A DNA stretch of 62,307 nt, filler included, from Choristocarpus tenellus KU-1152 (taxonomy: Eukaryota > Protista > Phaeophyceae): NCBI GenBank assembly GCA_964200185.2. It is 13 parts of 13 records of this genome, joined end to end, with 100 filler letters (N's around TTAATTAATTAA, not from the genome) between each part and the next. Parts side by side here need not be neighbours in the genome. Positions count along the whole stretch, not along the records: positions 50,109 to 53,367 come from CAXNAD020021210.1; positions 53,468 to 56,067 come from CAXNAD020026385.1; positions 56,168 to 58,937 come from CAXNAD020024897.1; positions 59,038 to 62,307 come from CAXNAD020021140.1; 9 more parts are not named here. The stretch is one strand, 5' to 3'. Each line of letters opens with the position of its first letter. The first letter of the stretch is position 1. Positions 50,787-62,250 of the stretch are shown here, in pieces. Below the pieces are notes generated by a model. It was not told where the DNA came from, did not search any database, and worked only from the letters and a program-made list of their open reading frames with translations. The translations under genes and the position numbers were made by a program.

Positions 50787-53367
50787 GTGGCTAACCTGAC
50801 ATCCTACCCCATTCTGCACGCGCGCGATGACGGTATGACCAGAGTGCTCTCAGCAATCATGCACCGTCCTGTGTTCGACACTCACCTTGCTACACTCAAC
50901 CTTGAGCACGCTTATGAGGCCATGTGGGAACTTAAGGCTTGTGGGGTGCCCAATAGCCACATCGGTGAGAAGGGTTTCAGTAGCCCTAAACCAATTACAA
51001 GATTGTTTTGGTTTGTGCCACGGATCAGTTTATCGGTAGATTGAATGCATCCAAATTGGGTTATAGAGTAATGGGTACGCTGTCAATCTACTACTGCAAA
51101 ATTTTCTTGATATATTTTTTTCATATCGCGTCTCCTACTCCATCCATCTTACAGTAACAATGTCTTTTTTTTAGAATTAATTCTATTTCGAATCTTGATG
51201 CAACAACCCCCGGAAATTGAAAAGAACAGTCCCGATATATACGCAAGCAAATTGTCCATGAGCTCTTTATTGGTTAGTGTTGGGCTATGGCATTGGTGTG
51301 ATGGGATATTGAACCTGAGTTGGGGTGTGGCAGTTCAGAGGTGGAGAGGTTGGACCGGGAAGGAAGGTGTGGGGAGGTGGCGGATGGGAAAGGGGCAGCA
51401 ATGGAAGGAGTAAAGGGGTTAGAAGAAGGGATGATACAAAGGATTTGGGGTCGTTTTCCGTCAATGGCATGGAACAGGAAGGCCAACGATTTGAAATATG
51501 TAGTTTTTCATCATGCTCAGTTGGTCGCAGTCACTGTTATCGTCCCTATGTCCCTGGTCCCAGCACCTTCCTGGCACATCGAACAGAGAGGTTAGAAAAC
51601 TGTTTTTTTTTCCTTTTTTTAAAATTAATAGCGGCAATATTGTGACTCTATTATTTGTTGCTCCACTTTTGTCTCCGAATGGCATCCCAAAGAAAAAAAA
51701 GTTTCAATGTTCACCGTACAGGACCAGGAAACAACCCCAACTTCCCCCAGCTGAATCACACAGTGTTTGAATCGCCAGCATCTTTAAAGACACTTGCTCT
51801 ACCTACCCATCTTCTTCTTCAAAACAGTCGTTGCACCTGCACAGCCCCCTGAGGGGGTTGAGGAGGAAGGTAGAGATGGTGTCACGATGGAGTCCCGTGC
51901 AATCGAGGCAATAGTGGCTTGGGAGCAGGAAGGCAGTAAGGGAAACATTGAGAACGCACTGGCGGCCTCAGCAAGAGTTGTTGCTGGGAGACCCCTTGCT
52001 GCGGATGGTCTGCACTTGAGGGGTATAGCTCTGCACCTCCTTGACAGGTGTGGGGACAACTACTTCCTGCTGTATTTGGGAGAGAAGTGAGAGGCCTTGT
52101 TCTAGGAGTACCAATAGAGACAGTGTGATACGTGCATGCAAGTGCATTAGGAGTTAGAGGGAATGAAAATAAACACGTACCACTATATGCAATGCAGGGT
52201 ATGAGAAAATCTAGAGTCCAATAGTAATGGTGCCTCTCTTGGCTCAAGAGGAGAAGGGCCCATTCGCAAACTGGGAGTGGAGGTAATAATTCCTCCCCAT
52301 GTTGTTTTGATATACGACAGAGGTAATAATTCCTCTCCATGTTGTTTTGATACACGACAAGTCAAAGAAAAGTTCACCTCCCTCATATATGTAGTGAGGT
52401 GCTCCATTGTAGCCAAAATACATACTTCTTCTCTCCTGTCATGGTCTTAGAAACCGCGAAGCTGTGGAGTTTATCGAAAGGGCTGCTCTGTTGGTCAGCA
52501 GTGGGAATCGTGGCAGTGATCAGGGTTGGGATGGCGCTGGAGATCTCCTGTGGCAGAACCTTGAGACAGTCCAAAGGGGTAAGTTGCCAAGTTCACACTC
52601 CATACATTTGACCATGTTTTCCATCTCTCACTTCCCCTCAACACCAACATTGAAATACATTCTAAGCCAGGTGGAACTAGTAGAGCTCGAATAGCCCGAC
52701 CAGGGTAACTGCCAAAGTTAATCTTGATTTAACGCCCCTGGTGTTCCACTGACATTGTATAGTAGGGCACTCTAGCCCGCTGAAGAGCATCTCGTAGGAA
52801 GGACTCTTACCAGAAGTGCAAAGCACCACCCTTTGTACCCACTCCACCCCCATGGCCACCTGCTTCAGTATATCAAACTAATATATCTGCACCACATGTA
52901 TAATAGGATACAGTGAGCATTCAAGTACCTTTTACGGAGCATCCATACCTTTTACGAAGCGCTGATTATTATTCAAGCTGCTAAGGTTCTTCTACTCCTG
53001 CTTCTCAATTCCATCGATATTTATCAATATCAGCCAAGGAAGAACAGGAGGAGGAGGAAGGAGAGGGCGGAAAAAATAAAGAGAGCGGACATCAGGACTC
53101 CAATGCTGGGCATGCTGCTGTATCCTCTGCTCATGCCACTGATGTATCAGGCCTACCCGCCCAGGACTTCCAATCCACCCCCATGTCAACAACTAAACAT
53201 CGTACCTTGAAGGTAGCCTCTGCCGCACGTCCCTACCAAACAGGACTCTTCACTTGGCCATCTGATTCGGCGGCACTTTTAGGCCTGATGCGGGTGTACA
53301 CAAGATGGAGGGATCCCCAGGCATGCGTGGAGGCATTCATAGAGCATTGGGGGGATGTTCGCCCCCC
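50787..53367 (+). CDS. TPR-repeat-containing protein (partial gene)
   Basis: Phase-compatible GT-AG exons 50787-50964, 51828-52047, 52451-52578 and 53217 to contig end. ADGLHLRGIALHLLDRNREAVEFIERA is a typical TPR helix pair. Confidence 0.7.
52280..52359. repeat. 40-bp tandem duplication (intronic)
   Basis: gaggtaataattcct(c/t)ccatgttgttttgata(t/c)acgaca, two copies. Confidence 0.85.
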
Positions 53368-53578
53368 NNNNNNNNNNNNNNNNNNNNNNNNNNNNNNNNN
53401 NNNNNNNNNNNTTAATTAATTAANNNNNNNNNNNNNNNNNNNNNNNNNNNNNNNNNNNNNNNNNNNNATGCACTCCAAACGAGAGTCACGGAGGAACAGA
53501 GACGAGTACAGAGACCGAACACGTTCACTTGGACATCGCAGCTTGTGCAATTAACCTTGAAAGTATTGATATGATGAG

Positions 53579-53775
53579 TTGTGAAGGCAAGAAGGGTTGG
53601 AGCCTCACACGATCCCCTTTGCGTAACAAGAAAAGAATGGATGGATTAATTAGAAGAGTGACCTTGTGGGGTGTCTTCTTATTCTTTGTTTTCTTTTTCT
53701 TTTGTGCCTTATATGTGTATACATAATAGGTCAATGGTTACGACAGATTAGTTGAATGCAGAACCGAATCCATAA
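53579..53775 (+). repeat. Dispersed repeat family F, partial copy
   Basis: ttgtgaagg..agcctcacacg..cccctttg..agaagagtgaccttgtgg. Confidence 0.6.
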
Positions 53776-54259
53776 TTCTCCTCCATTATGTCGTATGCTT
53801 CCAGTGCTCAGGATGCGGCATTGTAGACCCCTGTACCCATTGAACATTGTTAAGAATATGCTTTTTATTCGTAGGATAAATAATCAGTTGTTGGAATATA
53901 TTTCGATAACGAGATAATTTAATAGGAAAGTTTGTTTTACTGTTGAGTAATCATGAGAATATTATCTGGGTTATTATAGTACTATACAGAGAATGAATTA
54001 CGTGTTATTAGAGTATGAATGGTAAGGTGACAACCCCCTTTGAGCTTCGAGGTTCACTCCTCCTTTACACCTTCCTTACTTCATTTACAACCTGTTCTGC
54101 ATAATAAGGAATTAATCGAGTCATTTATATACGTAAGTCTTGGGAACAAACATCCTTCAGAACCACTCTTGTTGGTTTGCCGTTCTTTGTCCGTCACCAT
54201 TAGAACCAAATACCCAGTTTCCTTTGCTTCCAGTTTCCCGTTGTTTACAGAAGGTGCAT

Positions 54260-54428
54260 GTCCGTTTGGTGGCCCGAGTAAGTACAATGTACATGTTACG
54301 AAAAGGTATGTTGGAACAAGGATATTGACACTTCCTAAAAAATACGATCGCCAAAATTAAATCAAAATTGCAATATTGGGTCTTGGTCGCATATGGACAT
54401 GGTTCTATCCTCGGAGATACTTTGACTC
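54260..54428 (+). mobile_element. MITE family A, degenerate partial copy
   Basis: ggaacaaggatattgacacttcct...aaaattgcaa...gagatactttgactc. Confidence 0.65.
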
Positions 54429-54629
54429 GAATGAGTCTAGATTTGGAAGACAAGAGAGAGAAAGAAATACTCGCAACCTAGACATGCGCTACCCCATCAG
54501 GATTGCATCAAAACTATGGAACACATTCACAAAGTACTCGGAAATCCAATCAAAGGCTCCGTTTTTCGTGGGATATCAGCAGATAACATGGCCACCACGT
54601 CTAATAACCCTGTCTTTTTCGCTGATGCT

Positions 54630-54889
54630 GACTGAAAATATCTTAGAGGGTACGAATTTTGCCCTGTTTGTCCATTCGGAGGTTGACTTCCTGTGGGTAT
54701 TGCTTATGCTATTTTCTCACTCCAAAATGTTTCGGAGTAGGTGAAATCTATACGTTATGAAAAGGTGTGTCCAGAACGAGGATACTGACACTTCCTAACA
54801 AACACGACAGTCCAAATTACATCAAAATCTCAACATTGGATTTTGGCCTCCAAATGGACGCGGCCCTACCCTCTAAGATTCTTTGGCTC
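54630..54889 (+). mobile_element. MITE family A copy
   Basis: gactgaaaatatcttagagggta ... taccctctaagattctttggctc. Confidence 0.85.
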
Positions 54890-56167
54890 CGTTCTCACTA
54901 AGGCTCTCGCACGAGTTCAAGGAGGAATGCAGGCCTTAGCCAAGGATCGATCCAGGAACCATCATGGATTATCACGCCCATGATGTGATCATCTTACACC
55001 TTCCGCATTGAACTCCTCGAACAACTCTCATTGATCTTCTGAGCGACTCGTCTACAATTGAGGTTGTGAGCGTCACAGGACTGCTCTGACAGTTTCCTCG
55101 AGAAGACATAAGGGCAACCGAGTGGGTCTGCATTTGGTGAGAGAATGCACCCTTTCATATAGCCAGTCGAAAAATGCAGTGAAGGTCGCCTTGTCTGAAG
55201 ACGGAGAAGGGAGAGTCGTGGAAGACTGCAGCCAATCGCCTAGTTTTGTGTTACTGAGGATATACTTTGGATTCGCGGATGCCTCATATGTGTGGAGCTC
55301 CTTTCTTTGGAGTTATACAAAGGTGAGGAAGATCAACTCATTAATTTATGTGAACGAGCCCTTCCTATTCTCCTCCCTAATGTTTGACACCAAATCGGCG
55401 TTCAAAGTATGCCATTTATTCATTTTGCAAAGAAATTAGAAGCCAAACTAGCCATGGTCATGTATAACTGGTGAAGGACACAGGTTTGCACACGATAGTA
55501 TGTTGATGTAGATCGGTTTGCTGAGCGGATGAATTCCTCGGCGCAAACCTCGAGGAATTTATCTGCCATTCGGATGCTCAATTCACCATCATCAGAGTCC
55601 ATAGCTTGAGGTCTGGTAGGGGGACAATCACCGGATATGAGCAGGTCATTATCACTGCTATCCGAAACACCTGCAGTACTTCCCCTTCTGTCCGAAGTTT
55701 TTTTCTTGTCCGTCTCTCAGCTTCTCTGTACCAAAGAAGATATTCTCCAGTAAGGTTACCGGGGGGGGTTACAGGCGTTCCCTTTCCCTTGCAATTGGGA
55801 ATGTGTTTTTCAGAACCTGACCTCAGTAGAAATTTGGGACCCCGATCCCTGTTGATCCCTTACGGCCCCTCCCAACACCCCCAGAATTTCTTCGCCTCTT
55901 ACCAGGAGGAGACCAACTATATGGATCGACCTCCTTCACACCACCCTCTTTACTTTCGCCAGACCCGTCATAGCTGTCCTCATTCACGCCTGGTTCGGCA
56001 CTGTGGGTTGTCGGAAGCATGGATCCTGGCAGGGTTTCAGACACTTCCTCCACGGAATCTTCGTCACNNNNNNNNNNNNNNNNNNNNNNNNNNNNNNNNN
56101 NNNNNNNNNNNTTAATTAATTAANNNNNNNNNNNNNNNNNNNNNNNNNNNNNNNNNNNNNNNNNNNN

Positions 56168-56960
56168 CTCTGTCATGAGACCCCTGCTATAATGATCCTA
56201 TACCTATTCCTCGCCCCCATATTGACAGATACAACATCCCTTGTCCACTCTCTGCTCCCTGTGTTGCTCACCTGCCTCTGTCCACTTTCTGCTCAAATTT
56301 GTACTCATTATCACCCACTGTAAGTACTATGATTGGATGAGCAATACCAAGAACTTTCCATCCCATCAAGCATTACACACATTTCAAACTCTCATCATTC
56401 TCAATATCGTTCTCATTCTCATTCTTGTTGTGATTCTTATCCTTATCCTCAATATCATCCTAGTTGTCGTTCTCATTCTCAATATCATTTCCGTTATTAT
56501 TCTCCTTCTCATCCCCAGAAAAAATCGGAACCTACCACTGGAACCGTTATTTCTTTATTTATTTTTGGTAGTGACCACTCTCTCATGCCGTGGTCGCTTC
56601 CTGTAAAACAAAAACAAGAGCATCACCGATCAAGATCCGAACAAGTTAGGATGGAGGATGGCAGGATGAGAGGTCGGGTTAGACATTCTTGATGTGGGGC
56701 GTGATGGAAGGATTGTTGTATTGCCCATCCAATCAGAGAGTCCTTACAGTGTCATGATGGGTACCAATATTGAGTAAATAGCCAGAAAGAAAAATGTGTG
56801 AGTGATGTGGAGATCAGACAAGAGGTGTTGTACCTGTCAATATGGGGGTAAGAACGAAATATGTTGATTTTAGTAGGGGTCTCATGACAGAGGGCATCGG
56901 TGTCCAACTTGTGTTTTCCGCTATACCCATTTTTGGCCTTGAAATGACACAGGTTTACCC
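56168..56960. mobile_element. Long-TIR (MULE/foldback-like) element family E with decayed acidic internal sequence
   Basis: 56168-~56270 is the imperfect inverted repeat of ~56790-56892 (ctctgtcatgagacccc...cccccatattgacag). The right TIR continues to ...ggtttaccc at 56960; the left end is cut by the contig break. Confidence 0.7.
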
Positions 56961-57293
56961 AAACTTGTCTACCTTCCCAAGAGGAAACATATCCTGCAAA
57001 CTAAGGCATGCCTTTTTTGTAGTTCAACGTTTTTAATTTTTAGTGTGGGGGTTTGGAGTGAGTGCATTGATTGGTCTTCCTTCTGTGCATATATATTTTT
57101 ATCAATGTGAGAAAAAAAAGTATGTATATATAATATATATATAATGAGATTCTGTGACGACCCTTCTTTGCATCCATTGAAAGCAGGCAAACATCATCTC
57201 AGGTCAATGAAAAGAAAACTGGGTTCATGTCCCTCTAAACAACTCGTTTCACTGTGTCCTCCTACTCCGTCTTGTCTAACGTATTCCATCAAG

Positions 57294-58869
57294 GGGGATT
57301 GCCTTTTGTGTCGATGTCCAGCATGCACATGACCTGGCCCGTGTCCTCAATGATCATGGCATATCTGCGCTGGCCATTGATGGAAAGATGAGCAAGGAGG
57401 TAGGTTAGTGAAGAGATGGTTAAGTGTATGTACGTGGGAGGCAGGTTAGTGAAGAGATGGTTAGTGTATGTATGTGGTTAGGGTTAGGGCTGGGGTTAGG
57501 GTTAACTCCTCGGTATCATGGTATTTTTTTATTTATGTATATTTTTATTTATGCATTGGTACACATACCACAGAACACGGATAGCCTTGTTGACATCTGG
57601 TTTTAAGGTGTGTAAAAATAGTATTTTTTTTTCCCCTCTTAGTAGTGTTTACAAGTTATTGCACGTGTAAGTAAGTTTATGGGTATGTGTATGTATGATA
57701 TGTATGTGTTGGCATACCCATGTACCTGGGTGCTTCTACATGTAGATTATCCACATTTCAAAATGTGAACAATATTGTATGGTACCCATGGTACCCAATA
57801 CATCCAGGTACTTCCTCCTTGATGCAAATCAAGGTGTACACACTTAGTATATGGTATCTGATTATGTGACAAACCATGTACACACTTAGTATATGGTATC
57901 TGATTATGCGACAAACCATGTACACATTTAGTATATGGCTCGAGAAGGTGGAAACTTTGTTGGTTGAATTTTTTCTAACCCCGAACATATTTTTTATTTC
58001 ATTTTTTTTTTTGAACGAAAAAAAGTAAATCTGATGATAGATATAGATAGATACAGATAGATATAGATAGATACAGATAGATGTAGGTATAGATTTTTAT
58101 ATATATAGATAGATAAATATAGATTATAGATAGATATGTTATGGACATGGGCATGGGCATGGGCATGGCCTGATTGACCACTTGAAAAAAAACGCGGGAA
58201 ACAAACCTGTGTACTCTTTTTTTGGGAGGGGTTCTCACCCCCTAACCCTTATCTTGAAGTCATGTGCACCTTCGTACCTAGTTTATCTTGTCACTTTTTC
58301 TCTTTGGATTTTCTTGTTAATATACATAATAATAAATATATAATAGTATGATAGTGCAATAGTCTGACAATATAATAATTTGATGATATAATAATTTGAT
58401 ACATTTTTGATAGCATCGCCTGCTACATTGTTAACATTAATAAAAATGTTCTCAAGTATGTACCTTAAATTTATTTTTTAGTTTGCAGAACCCTCCCCTG
58501 TCTTACCATGTTGATGTTCAAAATAACAAGAACAATAATGACATTTTTTTTTGTATTGATTTTTTTCAAACACTACTTCACTGCTGGTGTCCATTCCCAT
58601 CACTCATCACGAGTGAGAACCTTTTATCGAAACTGAAACTGAAACTGAAACTGGGTTGTGCTGTACTTGAGCTGCTGCATGGAGATCATTCATTACTGAT
58701 GGGGTTTTGTATGTTTGTATGTTTGTATGTATGTATGTATGTTTTTATGTTTTTATCAGGAACGGAGGGAGGTGCTATCTTTGTTTCGATCCGGAAAGGT
58801 TTCGACCTTGACCAACTGCGGTGTTCTTACAGAAGGATTCGATGCGCCTTTTTGTGACACTGTCATCAT
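57294..58869 (+). CDS. IRC3: IRC3/RadD-like superfamily-2 helicase, Helicase_C exons (partial gene)
   Basis: Exons 57294-57399 and 58760-58869 join in frame: GIAFCVDVQHAHDLARVLNDHGISALAIDGKMSKEERREVLSLFRSGKVSTLTNCGVLTEGFDAPFCDTVI. FCVDV.HA and NCGVLTEGFD.P are characteristic of Irc3/RadD helicases. Confidence 0.78.
57835..57938. repeat. 42-bp tandem repeat, ~2.5 units (intronic)
   Basis: tgtacacacttagtatatggtatctgattatg(t/c)gacaaacca repeated. Confidence 0.9.
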
Positions 58870-59037
58870 GTGAGTCTACTTCTCGATTGCTCCCCCCCCG
58901 CCCCCCAGATACTTGGGGCCCTTTCAACAAGACTAGGNNNNNNNNNNNNNNNNNNNNNNNNNNNNNNNNNNNNNNNNNNNNTTAATTAATTAANNNNNNN
59001 NNNNNNNNNNNNNNNNNNNNNNNNNNNNNNNNNNNNN

Positions 59038-59101
59038 GTTGTTTGACCGAAACGGACGCCCACTCACAAACCACCACCCCCCCCCCCAGATACTTTGACC
59101 C
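59038..59101 (-). mobile_element. MITE family C end at contig start
   Basis: Reverse complement of 35592-35662. Confidence 0.7.
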
Positions 59102-59149
59102 GGAAAGCATGGTAAGTTATGCTTTTGGGAAAGCAGACTCAACAGGAGT

Positions 59150-59980
59150 TATTGGCCAAGGCTGGGGGTAGCCTGGGGAGGAACAACAACCCCTACCCCA
59201 GTCCCAAAGGTGAACACTCTATCAGCCCATGATGCCAAGATTATCGCAAGGAGCGTAAAATATGAGATCACCCACATCCTGAACAGGGTATGGTTCGACC
59301 TTTTCTGGAGGCAATTGGCCAACCTCCAGGATGATGCAAAACAAGGGAGGGAAACATCTTCGTTAGCCCTGGCCTCCCACTGGAGGCAATGTAGATAAGG
59401 GGGCAATGCATGGGCACCTGGAACCAGCATGCCAAATCCCTCCTGTAGAGTTTAGATTCGCTGCCAGCAAATCTCTCGGGAGGGAGGAGACCCTACCCAA
59501 CAGGTACCCAGTGGTCGGGTACAGAATGCATAATGACGACACCCAACATGCTTGTACTGCCCTAGGGCGGGAGGACAGATGCACCAGTACACGCTGATGG
59601 TTAAGCGTGTAGGTCAAGTCTACAAGGGAATGTGCACCCCTTCGCACCATGGAGGTTGCTAGGTCATTGACAGTGGACCCGAACTTCTGCATGGATGTGG
59701 TCTTCCATGCTGAGGCACTTGTGGACGCTGGTACTGGGACAAAGGCCTCCTCCTGGCTGTTGCGTTTGCTGAAGTGCAAGTAGCCTCCCATGTGTCCCAT
59801 TCATTCACCAGCAATGATGTAGCTGCTGCTGCTGCTGAGGCGCACCTACTACGAGGGTCCATTTGACTCTGGTAGTTTTAATCTCAACCAACACCTTTGC
59901 TATGGAAATTTTTGGGCGGCTCAGTATGTGATCAATAAGTTTTTCAGATGAGTTGGGCTACACACACAGTGGGGGGGTGA
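59150..59980 (+). mobile_element. Degenerate CRE-like non-LTR retrotransposon 3' end (zinc knuckle and restriction-like endonuclease)
   Basis: IPPVEFRFAASKSLG...DTQHAC...MDVVF...AAAAAEA...TFAMEIFGRLS follows the EFR.A...LG / D..G.HA..C / R.D / AA..AE..K / P.A.E.FG.LG layout of RLE-bearing elements; frameshifted. Confidence 0.65.
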
Positions 59981-60284
59981 GGGGNNNNNNNNNNGTTGGG
60001 CACCCCAAAGGGGGGGGGGGGGGGGGGGGGGATATTATAGCAGCAATTGGGTTGTCATGTCCTCCTTACGACAGATAGTGTCTGTTAAGGCATGAGTGAC
60101 CCTCTCGAGACGCACCAAGCGTTTCAATGTAGAGATACATGACAGATGAGCAAGAAGGGGCCTGTCAGATTCTTGGGGATGCTTCTCTAGCTCCTCTCCC
60201 ACCTTTGTGTAGGGTTAAGTGTACACATCGCACTGTAATTATCAACCCTTAAGGGGGCATTGCAGTATAGGTAGTATTCAAATA

Positions 60285-60536
60285 AAGTCAAACCAAATCA
60301 GAGGTAGACAGGTTTGGGCCCTTTTGCATCTTGAGTCAATCCTTCTTATCCTGCACAATACAATCTATTTAAATTATTGACGTACAAAATAGAAAGATTG
60401 ATAGTCTTCCTCCTTACAATACACAAAGTGACACCACAATCAGCAAAGATTATTTCTGCAATTGTAACAAATGGCGTCTTTTTGCCCTTTCTCGGGATCC
60501 TTAAAATGCAACCCTGCCACTCAATTGGTTTGACTT
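60285..60536 (+). mobile_element. MITE family D copy
   Basis: aagtcaaaccaaatcagagg ... actcaattggtttgactt TIRs; internal match to 9399-9658. Confidence 0.75.
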
Positions 60537-62008
60537 TCTGGAACACATATATCACTGTCTTTGACAGTTCTTCTTTGTCTCAATCTAGCATTACCCCAAA
60601 AGTTAACATGCTGAACATATTATCAAACAAAAGTTTATCCGCTCCCAAGTTGGATGTGACTACTGCTTGGGCAGGCATTGATAAGTCTCCACATCGCAGT
60701 GTAAACTGAATGAAACCATGGACAAGCAAAGGTCTATATCACCAGGTCCCTTCAAATTTAGAGCCCCTGCTGTAATCTCCCAAATGGTTGCCTTGGAGAT
60801 TGTGGGATTGGCCTGCACATATCGAAGTGATACTACTGGAATATCAGTAGCAGTACCAGCAGTGCTGTTCAAAAGAGGTTCAGCATAAACTTAACCAGGA
60901 ATTCTGATGCGGTTAGATGAGACATTCAGAACGCTAGGGGAAGTTGAGTAATGTTTAATTGGCTCTGTGTGTCAACGATATGAAAAGAGCGGAACAATGC
61001 AGATGCAACAGTGATTACATGTCGTGATTTTTAGTAATGATTGGGCTGCTGATCTGTTACTGGAGTGTTACGTCTTAGATGCTACATCAGCAGCTGCTTC
61101 TGCCCTAAAAAACGAGTCCATGACCACTTCACAGCAATCTATCCCTACAGTTTCCGGGGAAACAGACTTTGCAAGCCGCCCCTAACTCTGATCCTTCCTC
61201 GCACGTTTCTCTACAGGTTTGTAGTGATGAAGAATGTTAACCTAACAGTTAATGCTGAAAAATGTCAGTTCAGCGATTGATCATTCTTAACGTTGCAATA
61301 TTCTTGCCTTGAATTTCGCTCGTGTTGTCCTCGCTCTTCGCTGGTCGATAATTGCCCTAATGAGGGTTGACCCTACAATATCTGTTGAATGTCCGTTCCG
61401 CGATCAAGCCGGTTAATCCTCATACTCCTACACTGGCCGTTGGTTTTTGTCGGTAGAAACAGTGTGGCGTTTAGCTCTGACTTGGCGATTCTAGAGTTGT
61501 ACTTGTCTGAGTCCATTCGCCATAACTTTTGCTACCTTCAAGAGTGGATCCATAACGGAAAACTGGAGATCTGTCGATTGGAGGATGTCTAAATTGCCGA
61601 CTAAGAAACTTAATGTCACTACCTGTGCAAACGACCCTCTATCCAGACTCGACATGGCTGATGGTTAACCTGCGGTGGAATCGACTAGCATGGTAAAGGT
61701 TTTATACATCTGGGGAGTAGAGTGTAGTACACCAAGGATCACCGGCAACACACCCAAGTTGAATTAACAGTATCGTAATCATCTATCAACAGCACACAGA
61801 GTTTCGTAAGTGTAAGTTCGACAGGTTCTACATCATTTTAGTCTTGAGGATTTATCCTCAGTTCTTCGACAAAAACATAAATGGTGTTGGTGGGTCGTTT
61901 AGGAAGGCCGTACATCTTCTTTTGGTTCTTGGTCGATGTCAGTCGTGTTTCAGAAAGCTCTATCCATTGGATTCAAGGCTGAAATTCTTTGATGTTTGCT
62001 GTAACAAA

Positions 62009-62250
62009 GAGTCTAAACAAACTAAGTTAGAGGTAGATGGGAGTTGCATTTTAAAGATCCCAACAAAGACAAGAGTATACCTTTTTGTTCAGTTACAGAA
62101 AGAGCCTTCTTTGCTGATTGTGGTGTTACTTTGTGTGGGAAGGGTGAAAATTAATTTTAGCGTACACTGTTGTCCACATGAAGCAATTAATATGAGTGTA
62201 TTGGACAGGGTAGGAAAGTTTGGAATACAAAAGGACCCAAACCTGCCTAC
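62009..62250 (-). mobile_element. MITE family D copy (reverse, degenerate)
   Basis: Aligns with 6699-6965 (tttaa.gatcc...ctttgctga...gagtgtattg.acagggta...aaaaggacc.aaac..cctac). Confidence 0.6.

Noticed and set aside
56241-56692. Hydrophobic membrane-protein-like ORF (ILILVVILIL...)
   Set aside because: Antisense reading of the acidic periodic tract inside family E.
57835-57938. CRISPR-like array
   Set aside because: Head-to-tail 42-bp units with no unique spacers, in a eukaryotic intron, with no cas genes.
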